A stretch of DNA of 64,000 nucleotides, taken from the NCBI GenBank assembly GCA_964016885.1, contig OZ024742.1, positions 340,566,001 through 340,630,000 of the forward strand, read 5' to 3'. Below, piece after piece: positions 38,919-51,289 of the stretch (the stretch's first letter is position 1; each line of letters begins with the position of its first letter). This DNA comes from Eledone cirrhosa (lineage: Eukaryota). The notes under the pieces were generated by a model. It saw only the letters and a list, made by a program, of their open reading frames with translations. It was not told the DNA's origin and searched no databases. Both the position numbers and the translations under genes were made by a program.

Positions 38919-41900
38919 TTGAGAGTTGGCTGTTTGAACGTGCGTGGCCTGGGCTCAGCTTGGAAGCAAGTAAAGCTTCTAAATGACCTCAGGTCACAAA
39001 GTATAGATGTGATGGTTGTTTGCGAGAGTCGGATCAGCAGCGTGAGACAGCTGGCGCCCGCCTTCGATGACTTTGAGATGCACGCATCTCTCTGTCAACC
39101 CGGAGGCGGGGGGGGGGGTGCCGTACTGCTGGATAAACGTCTGGCTCTCGACGTACAGATTGTTCACTCGGACGCGGGGGGTCGATTACTGGTGCTGGAC
39201 GTCGGAGGCGGTGAAGGCGGGGCTTTCAGACTGGTCGGTCTCTATGCCCCATTCGGGGCTGAAAGAGCCGACTGCTTCCAGCGTCTGGAGACTTTTCTAG
39301 GAACGTCGCGTTGGGACTATGCAGGGGCATGTCCCGATAGAGGGGGGTGTAGCAGCCTCAAGGGGTTACTCGATCGATTCGACCTGGTCGATAGATTTCG
39401 ACTAGATTGTCCAACTGCGCCAACCTGGACCTGGGCAAACCGCAGTGGACAATCTAGATCGTACCTAGATAGGTTTTTGGTTAGGAGTAAGGATAGGGAC
39501 GTATTTAGTTGTCCAGAATTGATCATGGTTGGCTATTCAGATCACAAATTAGTGACCTGCGTGGTCAACCTTGATAGAACGCATAGACAGGGTCCCGGTT
39601 ACTGGAAGCTGAACTTGTCCTTACCGACAAGTAAAGCTTACAGGGACCGGATTAGTACGTTAGTTAAGGAGCGGTTGACTGGAGCGATCGTCAACAGCAG
39701 GTGGTGGGTATCTCTAAAGAGAGAGATTAGAGTAAGTTCGATAGGTTACAGTAAGGAACTAGCGGCGAATAGAAATAGGAAGGAAAGGGAGTTAACAGAT
39801 AAACTAGAAGAGGCGATTAGGAGCGGAGACGTAGCCAGAGTGTTAGCGGCGAGAACGGCGTTGAGCCAGTTCTTTGACGCGAAGCACGAAGGCTGCGTTG
39901 TCCGAAGTAAAATACGTGCTTTAGGAAACGAGGGGACCAAAGCTGTTAGCTGGGCCCGCGTGACAGAAGCCAAGAGTGGGATTAAATCCACCATTCGGTC
40001 TTTGCGAGACCAGGATGGACGGGTGATCCTTGAACCTGAGCGGATGTGCGAGGCCTTTCAAAGGCACTTTGTTCGACTGTTCGGAGGGGGCGGGGGGCCG
40101 GACGGGGATGTGGACTTCGGTCCATACCTCGACGGTCTACCGCGTCTTTCGAGGGGCGAAGCGGAGTGCTGCGAAAGGCCAATCACAGCCACTGAAATCG
40201 GGGAAGCGCTCAGCCAATGCAGCAGACGCAAATCTCCGGGTCTCGATGGTCTACCATACGAACTTTATTTAGCTATGCCGGTCTTGTTCTCCGAACTCCT
40301 CGAGGCTGTCTATTGCAACTGGCAACAGAACGCGAGAATTCCCTGCTCTGTGACCAAGGGCGTGGTCACGCTAGTGAGGAAGGACGAGAGCAAAGGGGAC
40401 GACTTAAGTAACTTTAGGCCCATAACTCTGCTAAATGCAGAGTTACAGATTTTGGCCAAGGTGTTGGCGAAGAGCTTGGCGCTTGTGGTGGGTGGTTTGG
40501 TGGGAGACACGCAGACATGCTCACGACAACCTCCACCTCATGCGATACATCGTAGAGAGGGTTGGCAACGAACCCGGCTTTGGTGGGGCCCTGATCAACT
40601 TGGATCAATCTAAGGCGTTCGATAGGGTCGACCATGGTTACCTGGATGCGGTGCTAGCGGCGGCGGGCTTCGGACCCGTTTTCAGGGGCTGGATTTCTGC
40701 CATGCACAGTGGCAACATCTACTCTAGGATTAAAGTAAACGGCTACCTCTCGGAGCCGTTTCAAATCACCCGGTCCATCAGACAGGGGTGCCCCCTCTCC
40801 CCCCTTCTGTACGTATTGACTCTCGAGCCACTGCTGCGGAAGTTGGAGTTGCTGCGGGGCATACCCCTGGAACCGGGATTGCACAAAGCGGTCTCGGCCT
40901 ATGCCGACGACGTAACAGTAATGGTGGCGGACGCCTCGGAAATCGGGGCGATCGCCACCCTACTGGAGGAATACGAAAGGCTGACGGGGGCTAGGCTTAA
41001 CCAGGACAAGTCAGTCGGTTTGCAACTCGGAACGTGGAGGGGCAAACCGATGCCGTTAGACGGTGTCGTCGGGCGGTTGACGGAGGGCCCGGTGAAGCTG
41101 CTCGGGGTCTGGTTCGGACCGGACCTCCAGGTGGAGAAGAATTGGGGCGAGGTGACGAGCAGGGTGTTTGCGCTGACCCAGAAGTAGGCCAAGTGCAAAC
41201 TATCACTGAAAGGTCGGGTGGAGGTGACGAACGCTTACATAGCGTCCGTCATCTACTACCGCCTGACCGTCGTGCCTTGCCCCAAGGAAAAGCTCACCAT
41301 CATGGAACGCATGCTCTTCCAGTTCCTCTGGAAGAAGCCGCCTCCCATGGTGAGGAGATCCATCTGCTGCCAGCACCCTTCGAAAGGAGGGCTGGGTATG
41401 CCGTGGCTGTTGGTGCGTAGGCACGCATTGAGGCTACGGCATCTACAGGTATTCCTCAACGGTCAGCCGGTGTGGGCCCCGTTTGTGAGGCGAGCCTTCC
41501 CACAGCTCGTCTCGCTCACCGAACTGTAATCCTGGGTGAAGCAAAGACCGAGAAAACTGGACAACTGGCACACCGAGTGTGCCCAGGCGCTCACGGCTAT
41601 CTGGCAAGCGGACCCGACTATCAGTGGAGAATCCACCTCGACATTCTATAGAGGGTTGGTGGCTAGCAAGGGCGACGACACCCTTGGAGAGTCGCTAGGC
41701 ATGGAGGAGGACGAACTGGCCAGCCTGTTCGGTAGAACTTTCGGCCCGGGACCCATGGACAACTTCCAGAGGTCCCTAGCCTGGCAGTGTTACCGGGGGG
41801 CTCTGCCCGTTCGAGAAAAGCTCTACAGACACGGGCGCCCGGGCAGGGATCCCGCGAAAAAGATCTGTCCCAGATGCGTGCGCGACGAGGAAACCGTTGC

Positions 41901-42282
41901 GCATGCACTGGTACACTGCTCGGGCGTTGCCGATCTGTGGGGCTACGTCGAACGACTGCTGTCGCGTGTGGCGCCGATTCGATTAACCGCCGAGTCTGTG
42001 GTGAACATCAAGCCGCCTCCTCCCTTCAGAAATAAAGCAGAGGCGGTCTTTCTGTGCGTAATAGCCATGATGAAAGAGGTTGTGTGGTGGACGCGCCTGA
42101 AAGGTCTGAGGTCGGGTGACTTTCTCTCCGGCCATCACCTGGTTTACTTCTTCCGATACCACTTCGGAAGAAGGATCAGGATGGAGAGAGAAGTGCTTGG
42201 CCCCAGACAGTTTTATGAAAGGTGGGTGAAAGAAGCGAGAATGGCCCGTGTAAATGGGCCTTCTCTCTACATTGTTCTGTAG
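38919..42282 (+). pseudogene. ORF2 of copy 4, disrupted
   Basis: ATG lost; GDWN segment deleted near 39310; deletion and frameshift near 40520; stops at 41185 and 41527; AYADD retained. Confidence 0.9.
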
Positions 42283-42532
42283 GTGAAGAAGTGAAGAGGA
42301 AAGGGGGAGCGCCTCCTCTCTGGGCTTCCCCCGCGAAAAGAGTTGCACACTTTTCGGGGGTATGTGCAATCCCCAACACGCCCCCTCCCTTTTGAGGACT
42401 TTTTATTGTTATATTATTATTGTTATTCCTTTTATCTTTACTCAATTTATGTAAACTCCCCCACTGTGTAAATGTCCCCTTCTTTTGTGCCCTCGTGGCA
42501 AATAAATAGAAATTTATCTATCTATCTATCTA

Positions 42533-43132
42533 TGCCCGGGCGTAAGCGACCCGTGGAACTATGTGGAACAACTGCTGTCGCGTATAGGACAAATACATTT
42601 GACTACCGAGTTCATAGTAAGGATCAAAACGCCAGCCTCTTTCAAAATCGAAAGAGAGGCGGTTTTCCTCTGTACAGTGGCTATGGTGAAAGAGGTTATA
42701 TGGTGGACGAGATTGAGAGGACTGAGGACAGATGCCTTTCTCTCCGGACAACAATTGATTCCCTTCTTTAAGTATCACTTTAAAAGGAGAATCAGAGTGG
42801 AGAGAAAGGCACTGCGCCCCAGTAAGTTTACTGAAAGGTGGGTGAATGAAGCGAAAATGGCCCGAGTGATTGGGCCTTCTCTGTTTATAAGCCTGTAGGC
42901 TAAAGAAGAGAGCAAAAGGAAGAAGGGAGAACTTTCACAACACGCTCCTGAAGTTGATGGTTGTTCTATCGACGGTGTATTAAACAACCCATTTGTGGTG
43001 CTTACCCCTATTGGTGATTTCGATTGTTATAATTGTTTGTTTCAATATGTTTACACGACTGTATGTAAAATACCCGGCATGTGTCTTTGTATTGTCCCCT
43101 TTTCTTGTGCGCCCTTGTGGCAAATAAAGAAA
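42533..43132 (+). mobile_element. 5'-truncated Tx1 fragment A between (TCTA)n tracts
   Basis: ORF2 C-terminus (KEVIWWTRLRGL...ARVIGPSLFISL*) plus its own distinct 3'UTR ending AATAAAGAAA-TCTATCTA. Confidence 0.9.
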
Positions 43133-43163
43133 TCTATCTATCTATCTACCTTTCTATCTATCT

Positions 43164-44682
43164 AAACCCAAACAAGTCTATCGGTTTGCATCTCGCCACA
43201 TGGCGAGGCAAACCATGCCTTCCGACAGTGTCGTTGGACGCTGGACGGAAGGACCGGTGAAATTGTTCGGGGTCTGGTTTGGTACAGACCTCCAGGTGGA
43301 CAAGAACTGGAACGAGGTCACGGCGAAGGTGCTTGCACTCACTCAGAAGTGGGTTGAGTGCAAAAACTCTCCTTGAAAGGTCGAGCGGAGGTGGCGAACA
43401 CTTACATAGCGTCCGTCATCCACTACCGCTTGACAGTCATGCCTTGGCCCCGCGAATACCTCACCAAAATGGAACGCCTACTCTTCAAGTTCCTCTGGAA
43501 GAAACAGGCTCTATTGGTGAAGAGATCCATCTGCTATTAACACCTTTGTAACGGAGGGCTGGGCATTTTTTGGATGATGATGCACAAACACGCGCTGAGG
43601 CTACACCATCTCCAGCTGTTCCTGACCGGCGATCCGCTGTGGCTGTCGTTTGTGAGACGAGCTCTTCCACAACTCGTCTCATTTACAGAGCTGCAGTCTT
43701 GGGTCAAGCGAAGACCAAAAATGGGCGCCTGGCACCTCGAGTGCCTTCAGGCGCTCACAGCCCTCTACCAAGCGGAAACGGCAATCAGCGGAGACTCCAC
43801 TTCGACATTCTATAGGGGATTAGTGGAGGATAAGTGCGACGACGTTCTCGGGGAAACTCTAGGCATCGAGGAAGACGAACTGACAAGTCTGTTCGGGAGG
43901 ACTTTCCGTCCAGGGCCTATGGATAACTTCTAGAGGTCTCTGGCCTGGCAGTGCTACCAAGGAGCTCTACCAGTTCGAGACAAAATCCACAGGCACGGAC
44001 GCCCTGGCAGAGATCCTGCCAAAAGGACCTGTCCAAGATGCGAGCAGGACATCGAAACCGTTCTGCACGCAAGTGTTCAATGTCCAGAGGTGACCGACCT
44101 GTGGAATTATGTCGAACAGCTACTGTCACGTGTAGGACGCATCCAGTTGTCAGCCGAGTCCATCGTGAATATCACCCCGCCGCCTTCATTTAAGAATGAA
44201 GGAGAGGCGGTCTTCCTCTGTCTGGTGGCTATGGCGACAGAGGTAATATGGTGGACGAGGTTAAAAGGACTGATGGCAAGCAGACAACAACTCATCCCCT
44301 TCTTTAAGTACCACTTCAGAAGGAAGGTGAGAGTGGAGAGAGAGGTGCTACACCCCAGTAAATTCGCTGAAAGGTGGGTGAATGTGGCGAAAATGGCCCG
44401 GGTGAATGGGCCTTCTCTGTATATAAACCTGTAGGTTGAGGAAGACAAACCGAGGGAATTCGGGAACACCTACAAAACGTGTTCCTGGTGTTGAGGGTTG
44501 TGCTATCCACGGGATATAAAACAACCCCGCAGTAGCGTTACCCCAACCCTTAATGGGAATTTCAATTGTTTTATTTTTATATAGTTTATTGTTATTTATC
44601 ATTGTTAAAGATTTTATGTAAAACCCCCGCCGTCACGTCTTGTAATGTCCCATTTTTGTACGCCCTGTGCCAAATAAAGAAA
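43164..44682 (+). mobile_element. 5'-truncated Tx1 fragment B between (TCTA)n tracts
   Basis: ORF2 from the NPNKSIGL region to ARVNGPSLYINL*; 3'UTR ending AATAAAGAAA-GATATCTATCTATC. Confidence 0.9.
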
Positions 44683-45064
44683 GATATCTATCTATCTCTC
44701 ACTATCTATCGATTTCTCTCGCGAGTCTACATGTTAAAACATATCTGATAAGCTTCCGATTCCAGTGTCAGGTTCGATCGTGATAGATCGCTCCTCGAGC
44801 TGATCGACAGTGAAACATATGTAATATGTAACTAAATATGTATATGATGCAACACTGACTCTTCGTTTCCTTATACATTAATATTATATATATATATATG
44901 CGTGTGTATGTGTGTGTGTGCGTGTGTGTCTGTGTGTCTGTGTGTCTGTGTATGTACGACAGAGAAACAGATTATTTATAGATAGATACGCAGGCAAGTA
45001 TATATATATATATATATATACATGACAGAATCTTAACCATCTACTATGTCAGGGTATGTCATGC

Positions 45065-45128
45065 ATTTTATCTGATGAGGACGTACTGTTGAAGTTAGCT
45101 CAGTACCTCTGAAATATGATAATAAAAT
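45065..45128 (+). ncRNA. Type I hammerhead ribozyme motif
   Basis: attttat-CTGATGA-ggacgtactg..cagtacctct-GAAA-tatga-TA-ataaaat; 7-bp stem I. Confidence 0.7.
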
Positions 45129-45177
45129 ATACTTGATCACACGAATGTCTATTTTTGTTAATATTTTGAATTAATAT

Positions 45178-45291
<114 letters not shown>

Positions 45292-45374
45292 GGAGGTGAG
45301 TTTTATTGTAGTACAATAAAGCAATGCAGATATCGGATAAGAAGCACTCTACAGTTTGTAGGACTGGAGTATGC

Positions 45375-45704
45375 ATAATATAAGATCAAAAGATGGTTAA
45401 AGGAGTTCAATGTATTTTATTATGCGCATTTCAAAAACAAACATCATCATGCAATAATATTTGTGTTTTCATCAGATAAAACAGGAGAACATGATATGAA
45501 GGCTAAAAAACACTTGTGGATAGTGCAGTTTTAAATCAACATATCATATGTTGATTTAAAACTGCACTATCCACAAGTGTTTTTTAGCCTTCATATCATG
45601 TTCTGTTTCATCTGATGAAAACACAAATATTATTGCATGATGATGTTTGTTTTTGAAATGCGCATAATAAAATACATTGAACTCCTTTAACCATCTTTTG
45701 ATCT

Positions 45705-45712
<8 letters not shown>
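45375..45712. repeat. Near-perfect ~338-bp palindrome centred at 45545 with a hammerhead motif in each arm
   Basis: Arms differ by one substitution and a 3-nt indel. Motifs at 45415-45481 (-) and 45606-45672 (+): ttttat-CTGATGA-aaaca...tgttttt-GAAA-tgcgca-TA-ataaaa. Confidence 0.88.
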
Positions 45713-45747
<35 letters not shown>

Positions 45748-45751
<4 letters not shown>

Positions 45752-45865
45752 TTTCACCGAGGCGGCTCGGGTTCGACTCCCGGCATGGGAACTTTATATT
45801 CCAAGGGCGGTGCCCCAGCATGGCCTCAACCGGATGACTGGAACAGGTAAAAGAGTAAAAGAGTA
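45748..45865 (+). mobile_element. 5'-truncated tRNA-Glu-like SINE or tRNA pseudogene half with SINE tail
   Basis: TGGCTTTCACCGAGGCGGCTCGGGTTCGACTCCCGGCATGGGAA resembles the 3' half of tRNA-Glu(TTC); followed by GGTGCCCCAGCATGGCC...(GTAAAAGA)2. Confidence 0.6.
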
Positions 45866-46015
45866 AATATATATATATGTAAACACACACACATATATAT
45901 ATATATATATAACATATCTCTCTCTATATATATGTATATCACTTTATTAATAATCTTTCCTCTTATGTCCTCCTTTCCTTCTTATTCAGCTTCTATCTTC
46001 CTTCTCTTTACATAA

Positions 46016-46692
46016 TTTCTACTTTAGGCACAAGGCCAGCAATTTGGGGGAGGGGGTAAGACGATTAAATCAGTTCACTGCATTACTGGTATTTTGTTTT
46101 ATCGACGTCGTAAGTATGAAAAGCAAAGCTAACCTCGGCAGGATTTGAACTCAGAACGTAAAGGCCATAACTCTATGCTGCAAAGCATGTTGTGTGACGT
46201 TCCACCGATTTTGACAGTCCACTACCCTTACATTATATAATAATTGTTTCTACTTTTGGCACAAGGCCAGCAATTACTCCAGTACATTACTGGTACTTTA
46301 TTTTATCGACCCCGTAAGGATGAAAGGCAAAGTTAACCTCGGCGGGATTTGTACTCGGACCGTAAATTTCAATTCCCGCCGAGGTTAATTTTGACTTTCA
46401 TACTTACGAGGTCGATAAAATAAAGTACCAGTAATGTACTGGTTCGATTTAATCGACTGTTCCCTCTATCCAAATTGCTGGCCTTGATGGTTCATTAACT
46501 TGTTTACACTGGCGATTATAATTGTTTATATTTTTGGCACAAGGCCAGCAATTATCCAGTGTATTACTGGTACTTTATTTTATCGACCCCGTAAGGATGA
46601 AAGGCAAAGTTAACCTCGGCAGGGTTTGAACTCAGAATGGAAAGGGCCGTAACTCTATGCGTCAAAGCATGGCCTCCGACCCTCTACCAATG
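46016..46692 (-). mobile_element. Cluster of tRNA-derived SINEs (three on minus strand, one inverted partial at about 46370-46486)
   Basis: Family motifs at about 46016-46230, 46243-46365 and 46520-46692 (-) and 46370-46486 (+). Confidence 0.83.
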
Positions 46693-46749
46693 TTATTTGA
46701 CTTTTAATCTCTATCCCTTTCACTCCATTTATTTGTATGTGTATCCCTC

Positions 46750-47480
46750 TATGTGTGTTTGTTTGTGTGTGTGTATGTTTCTTTATGAGTGTGTATGTTT
46801 GTTTGTGTGTGTACGTTTCTTTATGAGTGTGTATGTTTGTTTGTGTGTGTATGTTTGTTTATGTGTGTGTATGTTTGTTTGTGTGTGTGTATGTCTGTTT
46901 GTGTGTGTATGTTTGTTTCTGTGTATGTATATGTTTGTTTGTGTGTGTGTATGTTTGTTTATGTGTGTGTATGTTTGTTTGTGTGTGTGTGTATGTGTGT
47001 GTCTGTGTGTTTGTATGTGTGTATATGTATCCATGTATATGTGTTTGTGTCTGTGTGTGTATGTATGTGTGTGCGTGTGTGTCTGTGTGTGTCTGTGTGT
47101 GTCTGTATGTATATGCGTGTGTGTGTGTATGTATCTATGTGTATGCGTGTGTCTGTGTGTGCGTGTGTATGTGTGTGTCTGTGTGTGTGTATGTATGTGT
47201 GTGCGTGTGTATGTGCGTGTATGTATGTGTATGTCTGTATGTGTGTGTGTATGTGTCTGTGTGCGTGTGTATATGTGTGTATGTATGTGTGTGTGTCTGT
47301 ATGTGTATGTGTGTGTCTGTATGTGTGTGTATGTGTGTGACTGTATGTGTGTGTTTGTGTCTCTGTATGTGTCTGTGTGTGTCTGTATGTGTATGTGTGT
47401 GTCTGTATGTGTGTGTGTATGTGTATGTGTGTGTGTGTCTGTATGTGTCTGTGTGTGTGTGTGTATGTGTGTGTGTGTGT
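46750..47480. repeat. Degenerate (TG)n-based compound microsatellite
   Basis: Direct inspection. Confidence 0.93.
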
Positions 47481-47728
47481 GGTGCAGCAGCTGTCCTTTA
47501 TTCGGCCGTCACTGACGTCGCTGTCGTGTCGACCACAACCAAACCGGAAACAATCAGCTGTCAATGACGTCATCATATATGGCCTCACTCTCCATCTCTA
47601 TGTAACAGTGATTAGAGCATGGCGGCTGTGGCCGTTGCAATTGCTGGCATGAGGAAGACACGAATAAGAAGGATTACTGTATGTGTGTATGTATATATAT
47701 ATATATATATATACATACACACATACAG

Positions 47729-47819
<91 letters not shown>

Positions 47820-47874
47820 GAAGACTGCCGATGAGCAGGAATTCTGTATGTGTTTTCACCGACGTTTTCCAAAT

Positions 47875-47908
<34 letters not shown>

Positions 47909-48349
47909 GATATATATATATGTATATATATGTATATATATACATATATATATATATATAAATACATATGCCTGTGTGCCTGTAAGCGTATATATATATA
48001 TATATTATATATATATATATATATTATATATATATATATCCTCCTCAAAATTCGCCCGTTCTTATGTTCGAAATGAATTATTGACTTGATTTTTTCCTTT
48101 TTTCCTCTCTTTACGTCGCCTCTCTGTTTACGTGTCCTTCTCTTTCTCCACCCACTTCTTTTTATCCCAATAACTTACTTTAGTTATTGTTTCGCCCTAG
48201 GCCGAGGTATCTTGTCTTTAATGCAAAGAAATGCCTATGACACCTAGTAGACAACTGATGATGGATAATCCTAACTTCTAATTTCTTATTTTTCATTATC
48301 TTAATTGTAACAACACCGCTCGCCATTTTGATTTATATATATATATATA

Positions 48350-49065
48350 TGTTTAGGGCGGGTAATATTTCCCGAGAGCCATGGACGAGTTCCCTCCAGT
48401 GGTCTCTGTCCCTCATTATCGCTGCCATGTCCTGCGTCTCCAACAGACCAGTGTCTGTCCTTAGGGCATCAACATACGTTAACCTTGGTCTTCCTCTTCC
48501 AGTGTGTCCATGTAGGGGCTCCCACAGGAGCACTGAGTGCAGTGTCAACTCTGGATGTCGGTGAGCATGTCCAGCTAATCTCAGTCACCTCTGTGTCACA
48601 TTTGAGCTGACTTTTGGGAGGCTCCCATACAGCTCTGAGTTTTTCATCCTCAGTGTATACTGATTAATGTTCAGAGCCATCCTCAGCATTCTCGTGTAGC
48701 ACCCATCCACCATCTGAGTGAGTTTCTTGGTGAGTGTCCAAATCTCAGACCCGTACAGCAGCACAGACTCCACTACAGCAATGAAGAGGCGGATTTTCAG
48801 GTCTTTACGAAGGTCCGACTTCCACACCGATCTCAAGCTGTGGTACGCCGTCCAGGCTTTTCTCTTCCTCTCAACCACATCATCTTCCGTATTCCCAATC
48901 TTTGCTCCCAAATACAGGAAGTCCTCAACCAATTCTAGCGGCTTCCCGCCTACATTAGTAATCCCCTCTGGCTTCTCAACATTCTCTACCAGATATTTTG
49001 TTTTAATCTCATTCATTCTCAGCCCCTCACTCATCGACACAGTCTCAACCTTCTCCAATGACTTG
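48350..49065 (-). pseudogene. 5'-truncated RTE/RTEX-type LINE 3' end
   Basis: GLRMNEIKTKY...VEDFLYLG...KIRLFIAVVESVLLYGSEIWTLT...YTRMLRMAL, then LAGHAHRHPE...GRGRPRLTYVD; ends in (TA)n. Confidence 0.88.
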
Positions 49066-49374
49066 GGCTTTGATATTGGTGTAGAGCAGTGGTATCAGGT
49101 CCACTATCTTCTTTGGGATTCCATATTCATTATTCACAACTAACCTAATAATCTTTGCAGATGAAAATATACCTCTGCTTCAACATCATGATTTATGTAC
49201 ACAAACACTCCCTACAACACATACATATACACTCACACACACTTATATACATTGATACACACAAATACATACACATGTTTATATATATAAGAATATTATA
49301 GAAAACAATATGATTATATAAAGTAATACATCTTGATTTCTTTTGTACTTGTCATATGTATTACCTTATATAAT

Positions 49375-49563
49375 TGTTTCTACTTTTGGCACAAGGCCAG
49401 CAATTATGCCAGTGTATTACTGGTACTTTATTTTATCGATCCAGTATGGATGAAATGCAAAGTTAACCTCGGCGGGATTTGAACTCAGACCATAAAGGGA
49501 CGTAACACTTTGCTGCAAATCATGGCGTCCGACCCTCTACCGATACTGCCAATCCACCACCCT
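49375..49563 (-). mobile_element. tRNA-derived SINE
   Basis: Reverse complement of the family unit. Confidence 0.87.
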
Positions 49564-49691
49564 TATTTACATATAATGATATTGTTTACTGAAATAGTCT
49601 TGTATAATTTCTCTCTGCTCCATATTTTTTATGAAACAACCTTCCATTGAGCTTTTACAGAACAACGAATTTTCGAGATGTTACTATTTAG

Positions 49692-49724
<33 letters not shown>

Positions 49725-49954
49725 CCAAAGATTAATATGGTTCTTTGATTACTCAATCAATACAATTTTACAATAGATTAGAAGCACTCAACAGTTTGTT
49801 TTCCGGGAGTTTTTAATATTATTCAAAATATTAACAAATGAAAAATATTCTCATAATCAAAATATATACTTTATTATATATATTTCAAAGGTACTGCCAA
49901 TACTGGAATTGAATAATCAAGACCGTAGCGGTACGTCATATATCAAATCATATA

Positions 49955-50016
49955 TTTTGTCTGATGAGGACGTACTGAAAAAACAACACAGTACCTTTGA
50001 AATATATATAATAAAG
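49955..50016 (+). ncRNA. Type I hammerhead motif, homologous to 45065-45128
   Basis: ttttgt-CTGATGA-ggacgtactg..cagtaccttt-GAAA-tatata-TA-ataaag; its 3' half is part of inverted repeat 49819-49896/49989-50066. Confidence 0.68.
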
Positions 50017-50064
50017 CATATATTTTGATTATGAGAATATTTTTCATTTGTTAATATTTTGAAT

Positions 50065-50123
<59 letters not shown>

Positions 50124-50214
50124 ATGTATGCAAAAGGTAAGCAGAAATAACAACACAATCGGTACAGTATATGGAAGGGATATATTAGGAAGGGATATAT
50201 AGCAGGAAGATGGG

Positions 50215-50250
50215 TCTTAACGCTTCAGACGCTAGTCCTTCATCAGAAGA
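50215..50250 (-). ncRNA. Degenerate minimal hammerhead-like motif (GAAG variant)
   Basis: Minus strand: tctt-CTGATGA-aggac tagc gtct-GAAG-cgtt-aaga. Confidence 0.45.
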
Positions 50251-50605
50251 AAGAATGAGAAATAAGATAGATTGAGGGGTCGGGCGGGATGGAATTGGAA
50301 AAATGTCTTTAGATAAAAATTACAGGTCCATTCATATTGACATCCCGGATTCTAGAACTGTTTCAATGAAACCGCTCTAGTCCAGTAGAAGCCGACACAC
50401 ACTCACACACACACACACACACACTCACACACTGTCTCCTGCCATCACGTAAATTTATAAATCGGTGGCCAATCAGGGGAGAGCATTATGATGTGTAGTT
50501 ATCCCAGCTGCTAATCACTTTACTGTGTTGGCCGTCACAAAGAGCCATAACCGGCATGGACTGGAGTTGAATTCTGTCGATCGATTGATTATTGATTAAG
50601 CGAAA

Positions 50606-50715
50606 CCCGCTGATGAAGCCACATCGCCGATTGTGCATTGTTGCATAATATATGCACACAGAGGTTGCAATGCACCCTACTGCTGAATTTAGTGTGGCTG
50701 AAACTCGAGTTCGGG
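50606..50715 (+). ncRNA. Type I hammerhead motif with a long stem-II insert and palindromic stem III
   Basis: cccg-CTGATGA-agccaca...(about 70 nt)...tgtggct-GAAA-ctcgag-TT-cggg. Confidence 0.75.
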
Positions 50716-50891
50716 AACTACTGTAGGTACCCGTTTACGGGTGTTGTATTGAAGCGAATAACTATGTGTATTCTATGAGAGTTTATTTAACATTACCTAT
50801 TGAGTACGCTGAGATGCACCGGTCCTAGCAGTGATACCTACGGTAGGTCCGTCAAATTATTATATATATATATGTTTATAAAATATAGAAA

Positions 50892-50944
50892 CGGCTTCTA
50901 CAGGACTAGAACTGTTTCATTCGGGAGAAAACATCAGGAAGCCG
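50892..50944 (-). ncRNA. Hammerhead-like motif (CUGAUGU variant) in an inverted repeat
   Basis: Minus strand: cggcttc-CTGATGT-tttctcccgaat-GAAA-cag..ctg-TA-gaagccg; 7-bp stem I; inverted repeat 50882-50918/51071-51107. Confidence 0.58.
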
Positions 50945-51201
50945 ACTGTGCATGTAATATGGTGGTATTTATACATTTTCTGGTGGTAGGAGAGAGTGGT
51001 GATTGGGATGGGTGGAAGTCATTGGTTGGTGGATTTAAAGAAAGGGGATTCTTTAAAAACTATATTTAGAGAAACAGTTCTAGTCCTGTAGAAGCCATTT
51101 CTATATTATATATTAAATATTCATACTCTGCTATGTATTGAGTACCTTACTTATTGCGGCTACCTCCGATTGAACCCGGGAGAAACTTATATATATATAT
51201 A

Positions 51202-51289
<88 letters not shown>

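Larger units (their letters stand above)
36995..42512 (+). mobile_element. Tx1/L1-type retrotransposon copy 4, near full length (5'UTR clipped)
   Basis: ORF1 and ORF2 collinear with copies 2 and 3; 3' end GTGGCAAATAAATAGAAA-(TCTA)n. Confidence 0.93.

Noticed and set aside
45748-45792. Functional tRNA-Glu gene
   Set aside because: 5' acceptor strand and D arm are missing, replaced by (TA)n.
48254-48280. CTGATGATGGATAATCC hammerhead-like start
   Set aside because: No following GAAA or closing stem I.
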